A stretch of DNA of 32,006 nucleotides from a virus, in the IMG/VR virus record IMGVR_UViG_3300035492_000103, positions 74,019-106,024 of that record; one strand, given 5' to 3'. The notes under the pieces are model-generated. The model made no database searches. It was not told the DNA's origin and saw nothing but the letters and a program-made list of their open reading frames with translations. Each line of letters begins with the position of its first letter. Position 1 is the stretch's first letter. Below are positions 1 through 8,200 of this stretch, piece by piece. The translations under genes and the position numbers were made by a program.

Positions 1-672
1 CAATGATTGCCAAGTTGTTATGATAATAGGTTTAGACACTTGCTTTGAATATTTACCAGAGATTTTCTGACAAAATGTTCTTGGACTCCAATTAGAACCT
101 TCGTATGTAGAATAGTTTTCAAAATCAGAATAAAGTTGTTCAACTAACATAATAGATGGCACAACAATGATCATCTGTCTACCTTGCATTTCATCGGCCA
201 TTTGGTAGATTCTTGTAGCAAGATACAAAATCAGAGATTTACCAGCAGATGTAGCAGCAAGACAAATACTTCTACCTGAGTTTAACATATGATGGACAGC
301 TTGATACTGGTAATCATAAGGTTTAATTGGTCGACCTTTGTCATGTGGTTTAATAAACCCATCTACTATTTCATTCAATTCATCTGAAGTGATTCCAGAC
401 GTTGGTACCAAACTTGGATCTAATGAATAGGTATATTTATGTTTTTTACAGAATTTTAGAACTTCTAACAATAGACCTTTATGAATTCGTTTATGTGTTC
501 TATTATATAAACGCTTAATTCCATCCCATCTACCAGATTTCACCCTGGGATCAAATTGAGCATTGGCGACTTTAAATGAAAATCTATCGGATAATTCCAA
601 TTCCATGAACTGTTCACGACAAGTAATTCTGATAAATGATTCATTAATAGGAGAAATAACAATATCAGTCAT
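1..672 (-). CDS. uvsW: UvsW DNA helicase, N-terminal 224 codons (runs off window edge; not in ORF track)
   Basis: Manual translation from ATG at 672: MTDIVISPINESFIRITCREQFMELELSDRFSFKVANAQFDPRVKSGRWDGIKRLY...PYDYQYQAV...LAATSAGKSLI (Q motif and Walker A); follows uvsY as in T4-like phages. Confidence 0.93.
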   Translation of the reverse strand, partial: MTDIVISPINESFIRITCREQFMELELSDRFSFKVANAQFDPRVKSGRWDGIKRLYNRTHKRIHKGLLLEVLKFCKKHKYTYSLDPSLVPTSGITSDELNEIVDGFIKPHDKGRPIKPYDYQYQAVHHMLNSGRSICLAATSAGKSLILYLATRIYQMADEMQGRQMIIVVPSIMLVEQLYSDFENYSTYEGSNWSPRTFCQKISGKYSKQVSKPIIITTWQSL

Positions 673-1069
673 CGACTTGTTCCAAATATTCCGATGTTAG
701 TTGAAATAATTTGTTAATTGGTAGTTGAACAACTATAGCAACTACATTTTTATTAGGATCATGTCTAATTACAGAGAACAATCTGTGGTGACCATCCAAT
801 AAAAACATATCTTCTGAGACAATGACCGGTTTTGTAATTTCTAATGACGATAATTTTCTGATTTTATTTCTATCGACCATTGATTGTATTGGTTTGATTA
901 ATTTAGGGTCCAATTCCACTTTATAAGATTGGACACCTTTTAACTCTAACCAAGTTACGAAATGTGTAACATCATCAATCTGTGGCATCTGGGACCTAGG
1001 CACCATATAGCCACCGGGTATGATAACTTTATCTTCTGTATCATTGATGAATTGTTTTAAGCTACGCAT
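665..1069 (-). CDS. ParB/Srx-like domain protein with capsid-targeting-like N-terminus
   Basis: PVIVSEDMFLLDGHHR matches the ParB/sulfiredoxin core motif; SD AGGA 7 nt before ATG; stop overlaps uvsW start (ATGACTGA). Confidence 0.75.
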   Translation of the reverse strand: MRSLKQFINDTEDKVIIPGGYMVPRSQMPQIDDVTHFVTWLELKGVQSYKVELDPKLIKPIQSMVDRNKIRKLSSLEITKPVIVSEDMFLLDGHHRLFSVIRHDPNKNVVAIVVQLPINKLFQLTSEYLEQVDD

Positions 1070-1074
1070 TAAAA

Positions 1075-1125
1075 AATCCTAGAGTTATATTAACCTATTT
1101 AGTTGGTCAAATAATCTCTAGGATT
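1075..1125 (-). promoter_or_regulatory. Late promoter ACTAAATA (1096-1103) inside an inverted repeat that covers the RBS
   Basis: AATCCTAGAG (1075-1084) and CTCTAGGATT (1116-1125) are perfect 10-bp inverted arms; the downstream arm contains the SD. Confidence 0.65.
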
Positions 1126-1164
1126 CATTAGGAGAATGGATGTTATTAGAGGTATATGTAGATA

Positions 1165-1641
1165 TTAGTTACCAGCTTCAAACCGTCTCCACTCTACTGC
1201 ATTCTTTATATGAAATGTCCTACCAGAGATTTCTTTGATGCATTTTTCAAGGAACATAACAAACTGCTCCTGCACTTCTACAATTTCTTTCAATTCACAG
1301 ATAAAATCATCTGCATCCATGTAAATTGGAACATCTGTTTTTAAAATTTTATTGTGAACAATTCCATATTCGTGATAATACTTATCAGTCTGAGTACCAG
1401 ACCAATATTTCCATCTTTCAAGATATGCTTTCTTGAATAAATTTTGAATTTGTTTCAGTTTAATTGCTTCGTCTGTTAAGACTCCCATCCAAATACCATG
1501 GAGCTTAGGAGTCCTAATAGCTTCATCATCCAATCTGAAACCATCAATTTCCATATCGGATTTAATTTGTTCTTTTACTTCTTCGTATCTTCCAAAAATT
1601 TCTGTTTTAAGTTGTTTGAGTTCATCTAATTTCAGACCCAT
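1165..1641 (-). CDS. uvsY: UvsY recombination mediator
   Basis: LKTDVPIYMDADD and C-terminal RTFHIKNAVEWRRFEAG motifs; lies between gp3 and uvsW. Confidence 0.92.
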   Translation of the reverse strand: MGLKLDELKQLKTEIFGRYEEVKEQIKSDMEIDGFRLDDEAIRTPKLHGIWMGVLTDEAIKLKQIQNLFKKAYLERWKYWSGTQTDKYYHEYGIVHNKILKTDVPIYMDADDFICELKEIVEVQEQFVMFLEKCIKEISGRTFHIKNAVEWRRFEAGN

Positions 1642-2122
1642 AAGAAATACGTTCTCCGGTTTTCACGATTTCAACATCGTATGTATCATATTCAAAAGTA
1701 ACATCTACAACCAACGACATCTCGTCGTCAACTAAGCTATACTGCAAATCACCAATAACAGTTGGCCATATATTTTTATAGATGAATTTTGCAGTAGGTA
1801 TATTCTGTGAATTTAAAACTGTTAATTCACCATATTCACCTGATTCCAAATGACTGTTATTAGTCTTTGTAATCTCCACCATCCATTTATAAATGTCAAT
1901 CCACTCTGTCAGGTCTTCTGATAATATAACACGAATTGTCAAAGGTGTAAAATCTAACCTGTTGCCTGGAACCTTTCCATCTAAAGCAGCCATAGGAAAT
2001 GGTGCAGCGCCAAGATTAATTGAACCAACAGACGAGGTTTGGACTTTATAAGTTAAGTTGTTTCGATTTGTGACAGAAAACAGAAAACTGGTAGATTTAG
2101 CTAGGTTGAATTGTTTAGACAT
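1622..2122 (-). CDS. gp3: Tail tube terminator/completion protein (gp3-like)
   Basis: Tube-protein-like motifs VPGNRLDFTPLTIRVILSEDLTEWIDIYKWM and YKNIWPT; gp23-gp3-uvsY synteny. Confidence 0.88.
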   Translation of the reverse strand: MSKQFNLAKSTSFLFSVTNRNNLTYKVQTSSVGSINLGAAPFPMAALDGKVPGNRLDFTPLTIRVILSEDLTEWIDIYKWMVEITKTNNSHLESGEYGELTVLNSQNIPTAKFIYKNIWPTVIGDLQYSLVDDEMSLVVDVTFEYDTYDVEIVKTGERISYGSEIR

Positions 2123-2147
2123 GACAAATTCCTTAGAGAGTTTACCC

Positions 2148-2155
2148 TATTTATC
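2148..2155 (-). promoter_or_regulatory. Late promoter GATAAATA for gp3
   Basis: NNTAAATA motif about 25 nt upstream of the gp3 ATG. Confidence 0.65.
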
Positions 2156-2220
2156 TGTTAGGAATGGTATTAGATATTCACGACAACAATTCATGAAACA
2201 CAAGTTAAAAGATAGATTGG

Positions 2221-2251
2221 AAAACAAAAAGCCAACTAAATGCTGGCTTTT
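2221..2251 (-). terminator. Rho-independent terminator after the endonuclease and displaced gp23 end
   Basis: Minus strand GCCAGC-ATTTA-GTTGGC (one G-U pair) followed by TTTTTGTTTT. Confidence 0.75.
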
Positions 2252-2258
2252 AGTTAAG

Positions 2259-2286
2259 TTATTTTAGATTATACACCAGTAACATT
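2259..2286. repeat. Direct repeat copy 1: displaced gp23 3' end (would read NVTGV*)
   Basis: TTATTTTAGATTATACACCAGTAAcATT; 27/28 identical to 3336-3363. Confidence 0.95.
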
Positions 2287-3265
2287 ACTTGTCAAAAATA
2301 AATTCATAATTAATTTCTGCATCTATTGGATTCTTTTCAATTTTCCACCCAGTTGTGTTTATTATTTCTTTGTTTATGTGGCCAGAATAACTAGGATAAG
2401 GGACAATATTTCCAAAGAATTTCTTAAATCTGTTAGGTGATAAACCAAAATTAGAAACCAAAGCTAAACCACCCTTATATGTTATACAAATATCTCCATT
2501 TGGAGAAGTTAATCTCCAAATATTAGCAACTTTGGATTTTGAACCGAACCTTGATTTAGATATATTTGTTTTTGTTGATTGTTTACGTTTTGCACCAAGA
2601 TGTACATTTTGAGCTATTATTCTATTTGCATTAGTTAAATTTGCAAGGTGTGATTCGGTAAATTTATAATTCTTTTTACCCTTAGAAATATTTGACCGAG
2701 CTTCTTCACTACGTTTTCTGTTTTTAAAAATTGAAGTGTATCCATTTTTCCAATATTCATCTGAACTAACATATAACTTATTTCCGTCTTTATCGTAACA
2801 ATGTATTTTATCAGAACCAAAACCAACTATTTTAAATTCGCCAGACAATATTCTTTTATCAGTTCTTTTAACATAAATAGTTTCGTGGTCATTTTTGGCA
2901 TATACATAACCTTTTTTATTTCCGCCACCACCAGATTGAACATTTGTTAAAATACCACCTTCAGATAATCTTCCAAATAATTCAACTAATTCATATTCTA
3001 TTTGGTATGCCTCACATTCGTTATCTACTTCATAAATTACATATTCAAAAGGTATATTATTTTTTAATAGTTTTAAGATTTTATTTTGTTTTCTTGTTCT
3101 TTTACCACCCTTTTCTTTTGCACTCAATGATTCATTTAGGTGTTGTTCGGGTCTTTTATTGTTTACTCCCTTACCGATATAATATGGTTCATATAGATAA
3201 GTAACATAGTCTGTTTTGTATATACCAGGTTTTGTTATATCAATTAAAGCATAAACAATAGCCAT
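2285..3265 (-). mobile_element. Free-standing GIY-YIG family homing endonuclease gene (LEM-3-like subtype) with NUMOD3-like repeats
   Basis: IVYALID...PYYIGKG...R..QH catalytic module, E...YQIE and LTN motifs; KRSEEARSNISK and KRKQSTKTNISK NUMOD3-like repeats; Lys-rich; flanked by direct repeat. Confidence 0.85.
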
Positions 3266-3296
3266 TTTATCTTCCTAAAGTATTGGTTTTCTGTTT

Positions 3297-3327
3297 AGTA
3301 AAAAATACCAGCCGAAACTGGTATTTT
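3297..3327 (-). terminator. Rho-independent terminator after gp23
   Basis: Minus strand AAAATACCAG-TTTCGG-CTGGTATTTTTT; TTCG-containing loop typical of T4-like terminators. Confidence 0.85.
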
Positions 3328-3335
3328 AATTAGTT

Positions 3336-3363
3336 TTATTTTAGATTATACACCAGTAATATT
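3336..3363. repeat. Direct repeat copy 2: functional gp23 3' end (NITGV*)
   Basis: TTATTTTAGATTATACACCAGTAAtATT. Confidence 0.95.
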
Positions 3364-4629
3364 GCGGCAAGCGAATTTTCTAAAATATTGGTTCTCGCCT
3401 TGACCTAAACCTAATCCAGTCTTAGCACCAGAAGCGGTGTGGCTAGCGAATGGGTTAGCAATTACGCCGTAACGAGTTGCGAAGCCCATGATTGGGTTAA
3501 AGGTATCTTGACCAACACTGCGGTACATTTCTAACGGCAGGTATGGGCAGAAGTAAACACCGGCATCCCATGCATTGCTACCACGGTAACCAACGGTCAC
3601 ATAGTCAACAGTTGCATACGGGTCGATGAATACTTGGTATTTACCCAGTAACACACCAGCGTAGGTTTGAGCAGCATCGTCAACAGTTAAGTTGGCAGCC
3701 AGACCTGGGTTGTAATCTAACACACCAGCCATGTTCAGAGCAGATGCAACGTTGCTTGAACAGACGATGCGGTTAGCACGACCACGACGGGTTGCTTTTG
3801 CTACTGCGTTGGCTTCGATTTCGATCTGGAATAACAGACCTTTGAAGCGTTCTACTAACCAACGACCATCACTGTCAGCAGCTACGTCAAACAAACCTGG
3901 TACAGCGGCAGTTTGTGCACCTAATTGAGCAGCTACGTTGATCGTGCGTAAACATTCACGGTCAATTTCTGCAGTAATTTCGGTAGACAGGATGTTAGCC
4001 AGCTCAGTTTCTGCATCCAGACCATGTATATTTTTCATGTCGTATTGCAGTTCACGGCTGAAGTGTGCTTTCAGTTTACGGGTTTTCGCTGATACGTCAA
4101 CACGTTCAATACTGAAGGCCATTTCCGCCCAAGCTGGATTACCAGTTGAACCTAATACTTCACCTGCAGCTTTGGTCATTGCAGTACCGTAAGTGGTAGC
4201 AGCAGCTGGGTCACCAACACCAAAAGCATCAGCAGCAAAACCAGAGGTATCACCACCTTGAGTACCAGTACCAGAGAATGCTGAGTTAGCTTCGTCAAAC
4301 AGAGCTTCTGCACCAGTTTGATTGGTATAACGTGCACGCATTGCAAAGATTGAACCAGTAGGACCAGACATAGGTTGTACACCCATCAGGTCGAAAGCCA
4401 TCAGTTGTGGCATAGACCGACGAACCATTTTGATCAGAACTGGGTCCCAGTTAGCAACACCACCAGTTTGGTTGGTAGGAGCAGCGGTACTTTCGTTAAT
4501 ACCTTGCAGATATTTGATCTGATTTTCTAAAACAGATTCGGTAACACGTTTACGGTAATCAGAAGTGATTTTTGGAAAACTTTCGTTTTCAATCAGCTTC
4601 TGGATATCTTCTTTTAGCAATTCTGCCAT
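3346..4629 (-). CDS. gp23: Major capsid protein
   Basis: GVQPMSGPTG, EMAFSIERVDVSAKTRKLKA, HGLDAETELANILSTEI, YCPY-like FCPYLPL and GFATRYG motifs. Confidence 0.99.
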   Translation of the reverse strand: MAELLKEDIQKLIENESFPKITSDYRKRVTESVLENQIKYLQGINESTAAPTNQTGGVANWDPVLIKMVRRSMPQLMAFDLMGVQPMSGPTGSIFAMRARYTNQTGAEALFDEANSAFSGTGTQGGDTSGFAADAFGVGDPAAATTYGTAMTKAAGEVLGSTGNPAWAEMAFSIERVDVSAKTRKLKAHFSRELQYDMKNIHGLDAETELANILSTEITAEIDRECLRTINVAAQLGAQTAAVPGLFDVAADSDGRWLVERFKGLLFQIEIEANAVAKATRRGRANRIVCSSNVASALNMAGVLDYNPGLAANLTVDDAAQTYAGVLLGKYQVFIDPYATVDYVTVGYRGSNAWDAGVYFCPYLPLEMYRSVGQDTFNPIMGFATRYGVIANPFASHTASGAKTGLGLGQGENQYFRKFACRNITGV

Positions 4630-4666
4630 TTTGAAATCTCCTAAAGGATTTTTGAGTTGTTAAAGT

Positions 4667-4674
4667 TATTTATA
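4667..4674 (-). promoter_or_regulatory. Late promoter TATAAATA for gp23
   Basis: Exact T4 late consensus in the gp22-gp23 gap. Confidence 0.85.
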
Positions 4675-4686
4675 AATGTGTTAAAT

Positions 4687-5418
4687 CTATACGCGAATTG
4701 CTTGTTCAATCAATGACTGAGCATAACTCTTTGCGACAATAGGTGCTTTTTCCTGAACTGGTTCAACATTTTCAACGATAGGTTCAATATGTGATTCAGT
4801 TGGGAAATATGATTCAATCAGAGATTTAATCGCACCGGTAAACTGTTCTTCTGTTTTGAATTCCAGTTTTTCAACAACCTGTGCTAATTTGTCTTTCTGT
4901 GAATCGCTTAATTCTGCAGTGGCTTCTTTAACCAGATTTGCACGAACTAAAGTCTTTTTAGCTTCAACCAATTCAATATTTTGTTCTTTTAGAGCATTCA
5001 TTGATTCGGTCATTTCATCCAATTTGCTTTGCATTTCTGCAATAGCATCAACTTTAGATTGTGGCATAGTTAAATCGTGACTCTCTACCAAACCTACCAT
5101 ACCTGATAAGAATGATTCTGCCAATTCAACTTTTGCACCTGATACAAGAGCAATCTTATTTTCTTCTTGCCATTCTGTAACAGCAGCAGTCAGATACTTA
5201 TCAAATTGTGGAACCATTTCTTCCTGAATATATTGTTCAGTTAATTCTTCCAGTTCTTTGATACGGGTAGCAACTCGGGTTTCAAACTCTTCCTGAAGTT
5301 CTGCTTTAACTGTTTCAACTTTCTCGTCAATAGCAGATTGGACAATAGCAGTAGCCTTTGTCTTAAATTCTTCTGAAAGGTCTTGTCCCTCAAATAATGC
5401 TTTGATATGTTCAGACAT
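4687..5418 (-). CDS. gp22: Prohead scaffold protein
   Basis: LSEEFKTKATAI and DKYL...VTEWQEENKIAL motifs, acidic coiled coil; start moved to ATG 5418 (SD GAGGA at 5426-5430). Confidence 0.95.
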   Translation of the reverse strand: MSEHIKALFEGQDLSEEFKTKATAIVQSAIDEKVETVKAELQEEFETRVATRIKELEELTEQYIQEEMVPQFDKYLTAAVTEWQEENKIALVSGAKVELAESFLSGMVGLVESHDLTMPQSKVDAIAEMQSKLDEMTESMNALKEQNIELVEAKKTLVRANLVKEATAELSDSQKDKLAQVVEKLEFKTEEQFTGAIKSLIESYFPTESHIEPIVENVEPVQEKAPIVAKSYAQSLIEQAIRV

Positions 5419-5450
5419 TGACGTTTCCTCGGTTTTGTTACGGTTAAATT

Positions 5451-5458
5451 TATTTATT
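5451..5458 (-). promoter_or_regulatory. Late promoter AATAAATA for gp22
   Basis: NNTAAATA motif in the gp21-gp22 gap. Confidence 0.65.
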
Positions 5459-5470
5459 AACAATTAAAAA

Positions 5471-6094
5471 CTATTGTTTCAGAGTTTTAATAAATTGTTC
5501 AAACTTATCAAAGAACACTTGTTCATTGATCGGCTCTTGTGTTTGTTCATTAACAGGTACCCAAACACCATTCTTGTTAATCCATGTAGATTCATATAAA
5601 GAATTAACATAACAGTCAGGACCAGAAGGCATATCAACAGCATCTGTAGCGGTCATCATAAAATCAGACTGAACAACCTTGGCTCCGTTTTTCTCTAACA
5701 GAGAACCTAAGCCACGAGTAGATACACCAAGATTAAAACCACCTTCCAGTAATCCTTTAATGATTTGACCTTTAGGAGTATTTAAAACTTTTGCCTTACC
5801 AATAACATTATTACCATCCATTTCAAATGATTCAATTAAAATGGCAGCTTCTGCTGGGTCAGCAAATGGTCTTGCTGGGTGATTCAGTTCACCTAAAGCA
5901 CGACGTTTAGACACGTAGTTTTCGTTATATTGAGCAACGGCTTTTTCCATTACAGATTTTGGATAAATTCGACCGTTACCATTTTTAACTTCTGCTTGTG
6001 CAAAAATACCTTCGATGTATAATTGCTTTCCTAGTGGAGTATTTTCTGTAAGTGACTCCACTTGGAAACTTGATTCATATAACAACTTAGCCAT
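5471..6094 (-). CDS. gp21: Prohead protease
   Basis: LYIEGIFAQAEVKNGNGRIYP, ALGELNHP and LGVSTRGLGS motifs. Confidence 0.98.
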   Translation of the reverse strand: MAKLLYESSFQVESLTENTPLGKQLYIEGIFAQAEVKNGNGRIYPKSVMEKAVAQYNENYVSKRRALGELNHPARPFADPAEAAILIESFEMDGNNVIGKAKVLNTPKGQIIKGLLEGGFNLGVSTRGLGSLLEKNGAKVVQSDFMMTATDAVDMPSGPDCYVNSLYESTWINKNGVWVPVNEQTQEPINEQVFFDKFEQFIKTLKQ

Positions 6095-6096
6095 GA

Positions 6097-6372
6097 TTAT
6101 TTCAACCCGTATGCTTTGCGTTTACGTAACGCTTTTAATCTTTTGCGCTTAACTCGGATTTGGAAACCTTTGCCCATAGCACGTTTTGTTCGCAGAGCTT
6201 TTCTAATAGCACGACGTTTGGTTGCTTTTTCTGAACCAGTAATTGGCACACAAGATGTACCTGTTGGATTCAGTTTGTAACCAGGTCGACACTTTAGACG
6301 TCTACGTTTTTCACCACGTGAATTGACTTTGGTGATAATCCGAGCCTCTGTTAAAGAGTTATTCTCGGTCAT
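6097..6372 (-). CDS. gp68: Prohead core protein (gp68-like)
   Basis: Very basic; C-terminal KRKRLKALRKRKAYGL; directly upstream of gp21. Confidence 0.8.
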   Translation of the reverse strand: MTENNSLTEARIITKVNSRGEKRRRLKCRPGYKLNPTGTSCVPITGSEKATKRRAIRKALRTKRAMGKGFQIRVKRKRLKALRKRKAYGLK

Positions 6373-6375
6373 GGA

Positions 6376-6621
6376 TTACTCCTCGTCCTCAGCATCTTCG
6401 TCAGAGTCTTTGTCGTCCCTTTCATCTTCTTTATCGTCGTCGTCCTTTTCTTCGTATTCTTCATCTTTCTTTTCTGAAAGACCGAATTCTTGAGCAACTT
6501 CTGCATTAACACGAGCAACAACTTCACGTGCTTTTTCTGCTAGTGCATGTTTCACAGAATCAATAGCAGAGATGGTGTTACTTTCTTTTGCTTCTGAGAT
6601 AAATTTTTGTAATGAGTTCAT
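6376..6621 (-). CDS. gp67: Prohead core protein (gp67-like)
   Basis: Small, with highly acidic D/E tail; lies between gp20 and gp68. Confidence 0.8.
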   Translation of the reverse strand: MNSLQKFISEAKESNTISAIDSVKHALAEKAREVVARVNAEVAQEFGLSEKKDEEYEEKDDDDKEDERDDKDSDEDAEDEE

Positions 6622-6632
6622 GTTAATTCCTC

Positions 6633-8144
6633 TTAATTTTCAGGTTCTTCTGGTTTAAATCTAGGATCCGATGCTTCCTTGTTCATCTGTTCGTCTTGTT
6701 CCTTGACATCTAAATCTGTTTGTTGTAAGATTTTTGATCTAATAAATTCGTGGCTGAAATATTTGCCTACATACTGTTCCATATCTTTGGCTAATTCCAG
6801 ACGGTCTCGCATCATCTCAAAGAATTTCCTTTCTTCAAGATACATATCCTGGGCATATTTGAAACTGATATTATTTTCAACTTCTGCCCATTCGTAATCT
6901 TTAATAACATTAGATAATACCAATTCTGTCCGAAGTAAATCACGGAACATCATGTTAAACCGTTTACGAATTTTTGAAACGAATTTTGAGAACTTTAATT
7001 CATCTCTGTTAATTTCTTGACTACGGCCTAATGATAACATTGAATTATCTTCCAATCTTGATAATGGAATATTCAGTGCTTTGTACAGCCGTTTCAGGAA
7101 ATAGATAACATCTTCAATTGAATCTAAATTGGCACCACCTGGTAATGTAGACACTTCCGTACCTTTGCCATCACTAGTACGAGGTAACCAGAAATCCTCT
7201 TGCATAGTCATTAAATGACGAGCATCTTTAAATGAACCATTTTCAGGGTCATAAGTCATTCTGTTTCTATATGAGTTTTTCAGATTATTTAGGTAATTTT
7301 CTGCTTTTGATTTAGGTAAATTACCAACATCAACATAAAAAACACGACGCTCTGGTGCACGAGTAATACGATAGATAACTAAAGAGTTTTCCATCATACG
7401 TAATTGGTTAGCAGGTTTAACGGCTTTATGTAACCAACTTACAGCATAACCAGTTTTAGGGTCAATTAATCCAGATGTAACATAAGTGATAGATTCTTTT
7501 GCTAATTGTAAAGCTGGTTTATAATTAACTTGAGCTTTATTCTGTTTTGATTTATCTGTTTCTGTTTTAATCTTTTCATCGTATACATAATATTCTTCAA
7601 TAGATGCAATAGTTTTATTATCAGAAGAATATTGTACATTACGAACTTTTGTCACATATCTTGGGTCTAATTCAATAATTGCCAATAAACCTTGTTTAGC
7701 TTTATTTTTATCAACAACTTTTTGATATGCTAACCGACCATCAGTGTAAAATTGTCTTGCTCTGGTGTGGATAGTGTCCTTTAAAGCTAATAGGTCACAT
7801 ATCTTTTCCCATTTTTCATGTATTTTTTCTTTAACTGAGTCGGATAAGTCTAATTCATCAAGATTTAAAGTCACAGGAGCTTCATCTTCTGAGAATGAAA
7901 CCATCTCATTAATAATATCTTCAATGGCATAGTCTACTTCATTGTAATTTGCTATTTCGCGATATTTGTCAAGTAACTCAGCTTGTGAATTTGCCGTCCA
8001 GTCAAAATTCAAAATGAAGTTATTAACAGCATTCTCAAGATTAAGTGCACCATCATCAAAAGAAGTAGCTATTTGGTTAGTCAGTTGAGCCTCAGATGGT
8101 TCATCTGCTACTTTTTTACTTTTTAGCCAGTCAAACATTGCCAT
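6633..8144 (-). CDS. gp20: Portal vertex protein
   Basis: LHKAVKPANQLRMMENSLVIYRITRAPERRVFYVDVGNLPK and EDFWLPR motifs. Confidence 0.99.
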   Translation of the reverse strand: MAMFDWLKSKKVADEPSEAQLTNQIATSFDDGALNLENAVNNFILNFDWTANSQAELLDKYREIANYNEVDYAIEDIINEMVSFSEDEAPVTLNLDELDLSDSVKEKIHEKWEKICDLLALKDTIHTRARQFYTDGRLAYQKVVDKNKAKQGLLAIIELDPRYVTKVRNVQYSSDNKTIASIEEYYVYDEKIKTETDKSKQNKAQVNYKPALQLAKESITYVTSGLIDPKTGYAVSWLHKAVKPANQLRMMENSLVIYRITRAPERRVFYVDVGNLPKSKAENYLNNLKNSYRNRMTYDPENGSFKDARHLMTMQEDFWLPRTSDGKGTEVSTLPGGANLDSIEDVIYFLKRLYKALNIPLSRLEDNSMLSLGRSQEINRDELKFSKFVSKIRKRFNMMFRDLLRTELVLSNVIKDYEWAEVENNISFKYAQDMYLEERKFFEMMRDRLELAKDMEQYVGKYFSHEFIRSKILQQTDLDVKEQDEQMNKEASDPRFKPEEPEN

Positions 8145-8161
8145 TGAAGTTATTATCCTCT

Positions 8162-8189
8162 AAAAGAAGGTGGAGAATATTCTCCACCT
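8162..8189 (-). terminator. Perfect 22-bp palindrome, terminator-like hairpin upstream of gp20
   Basis: AGGTGGAGAATATTCTCCACCT (8168-8189) followed on the minus strand by TCTTTT. Confidence 0.6.
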
Positions 8190-8192
8190 AAC

Positions 8193-8200
8193 TATTTATA
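8193..8200 (-). promoter_or_regulatory. Late promoter TATAAATA for gp20
   Basis: Exact consensus overlapping the stop codon of ORF 8196-8417. Confidence 0.7.

Noticed and set aside
2259-3363. Group I intron in gp23 with the downstream repeat as exon 2
   Set aside because: The upstream copy already contains the stop and a terminator, and the short flanks of the ORF leave no room for a ribozyme core
6376-6480. Low-complexity TCN-rich repeat-like tract
   Set aside because: It simply encodes the D/E/K tail of the gp67-like protein
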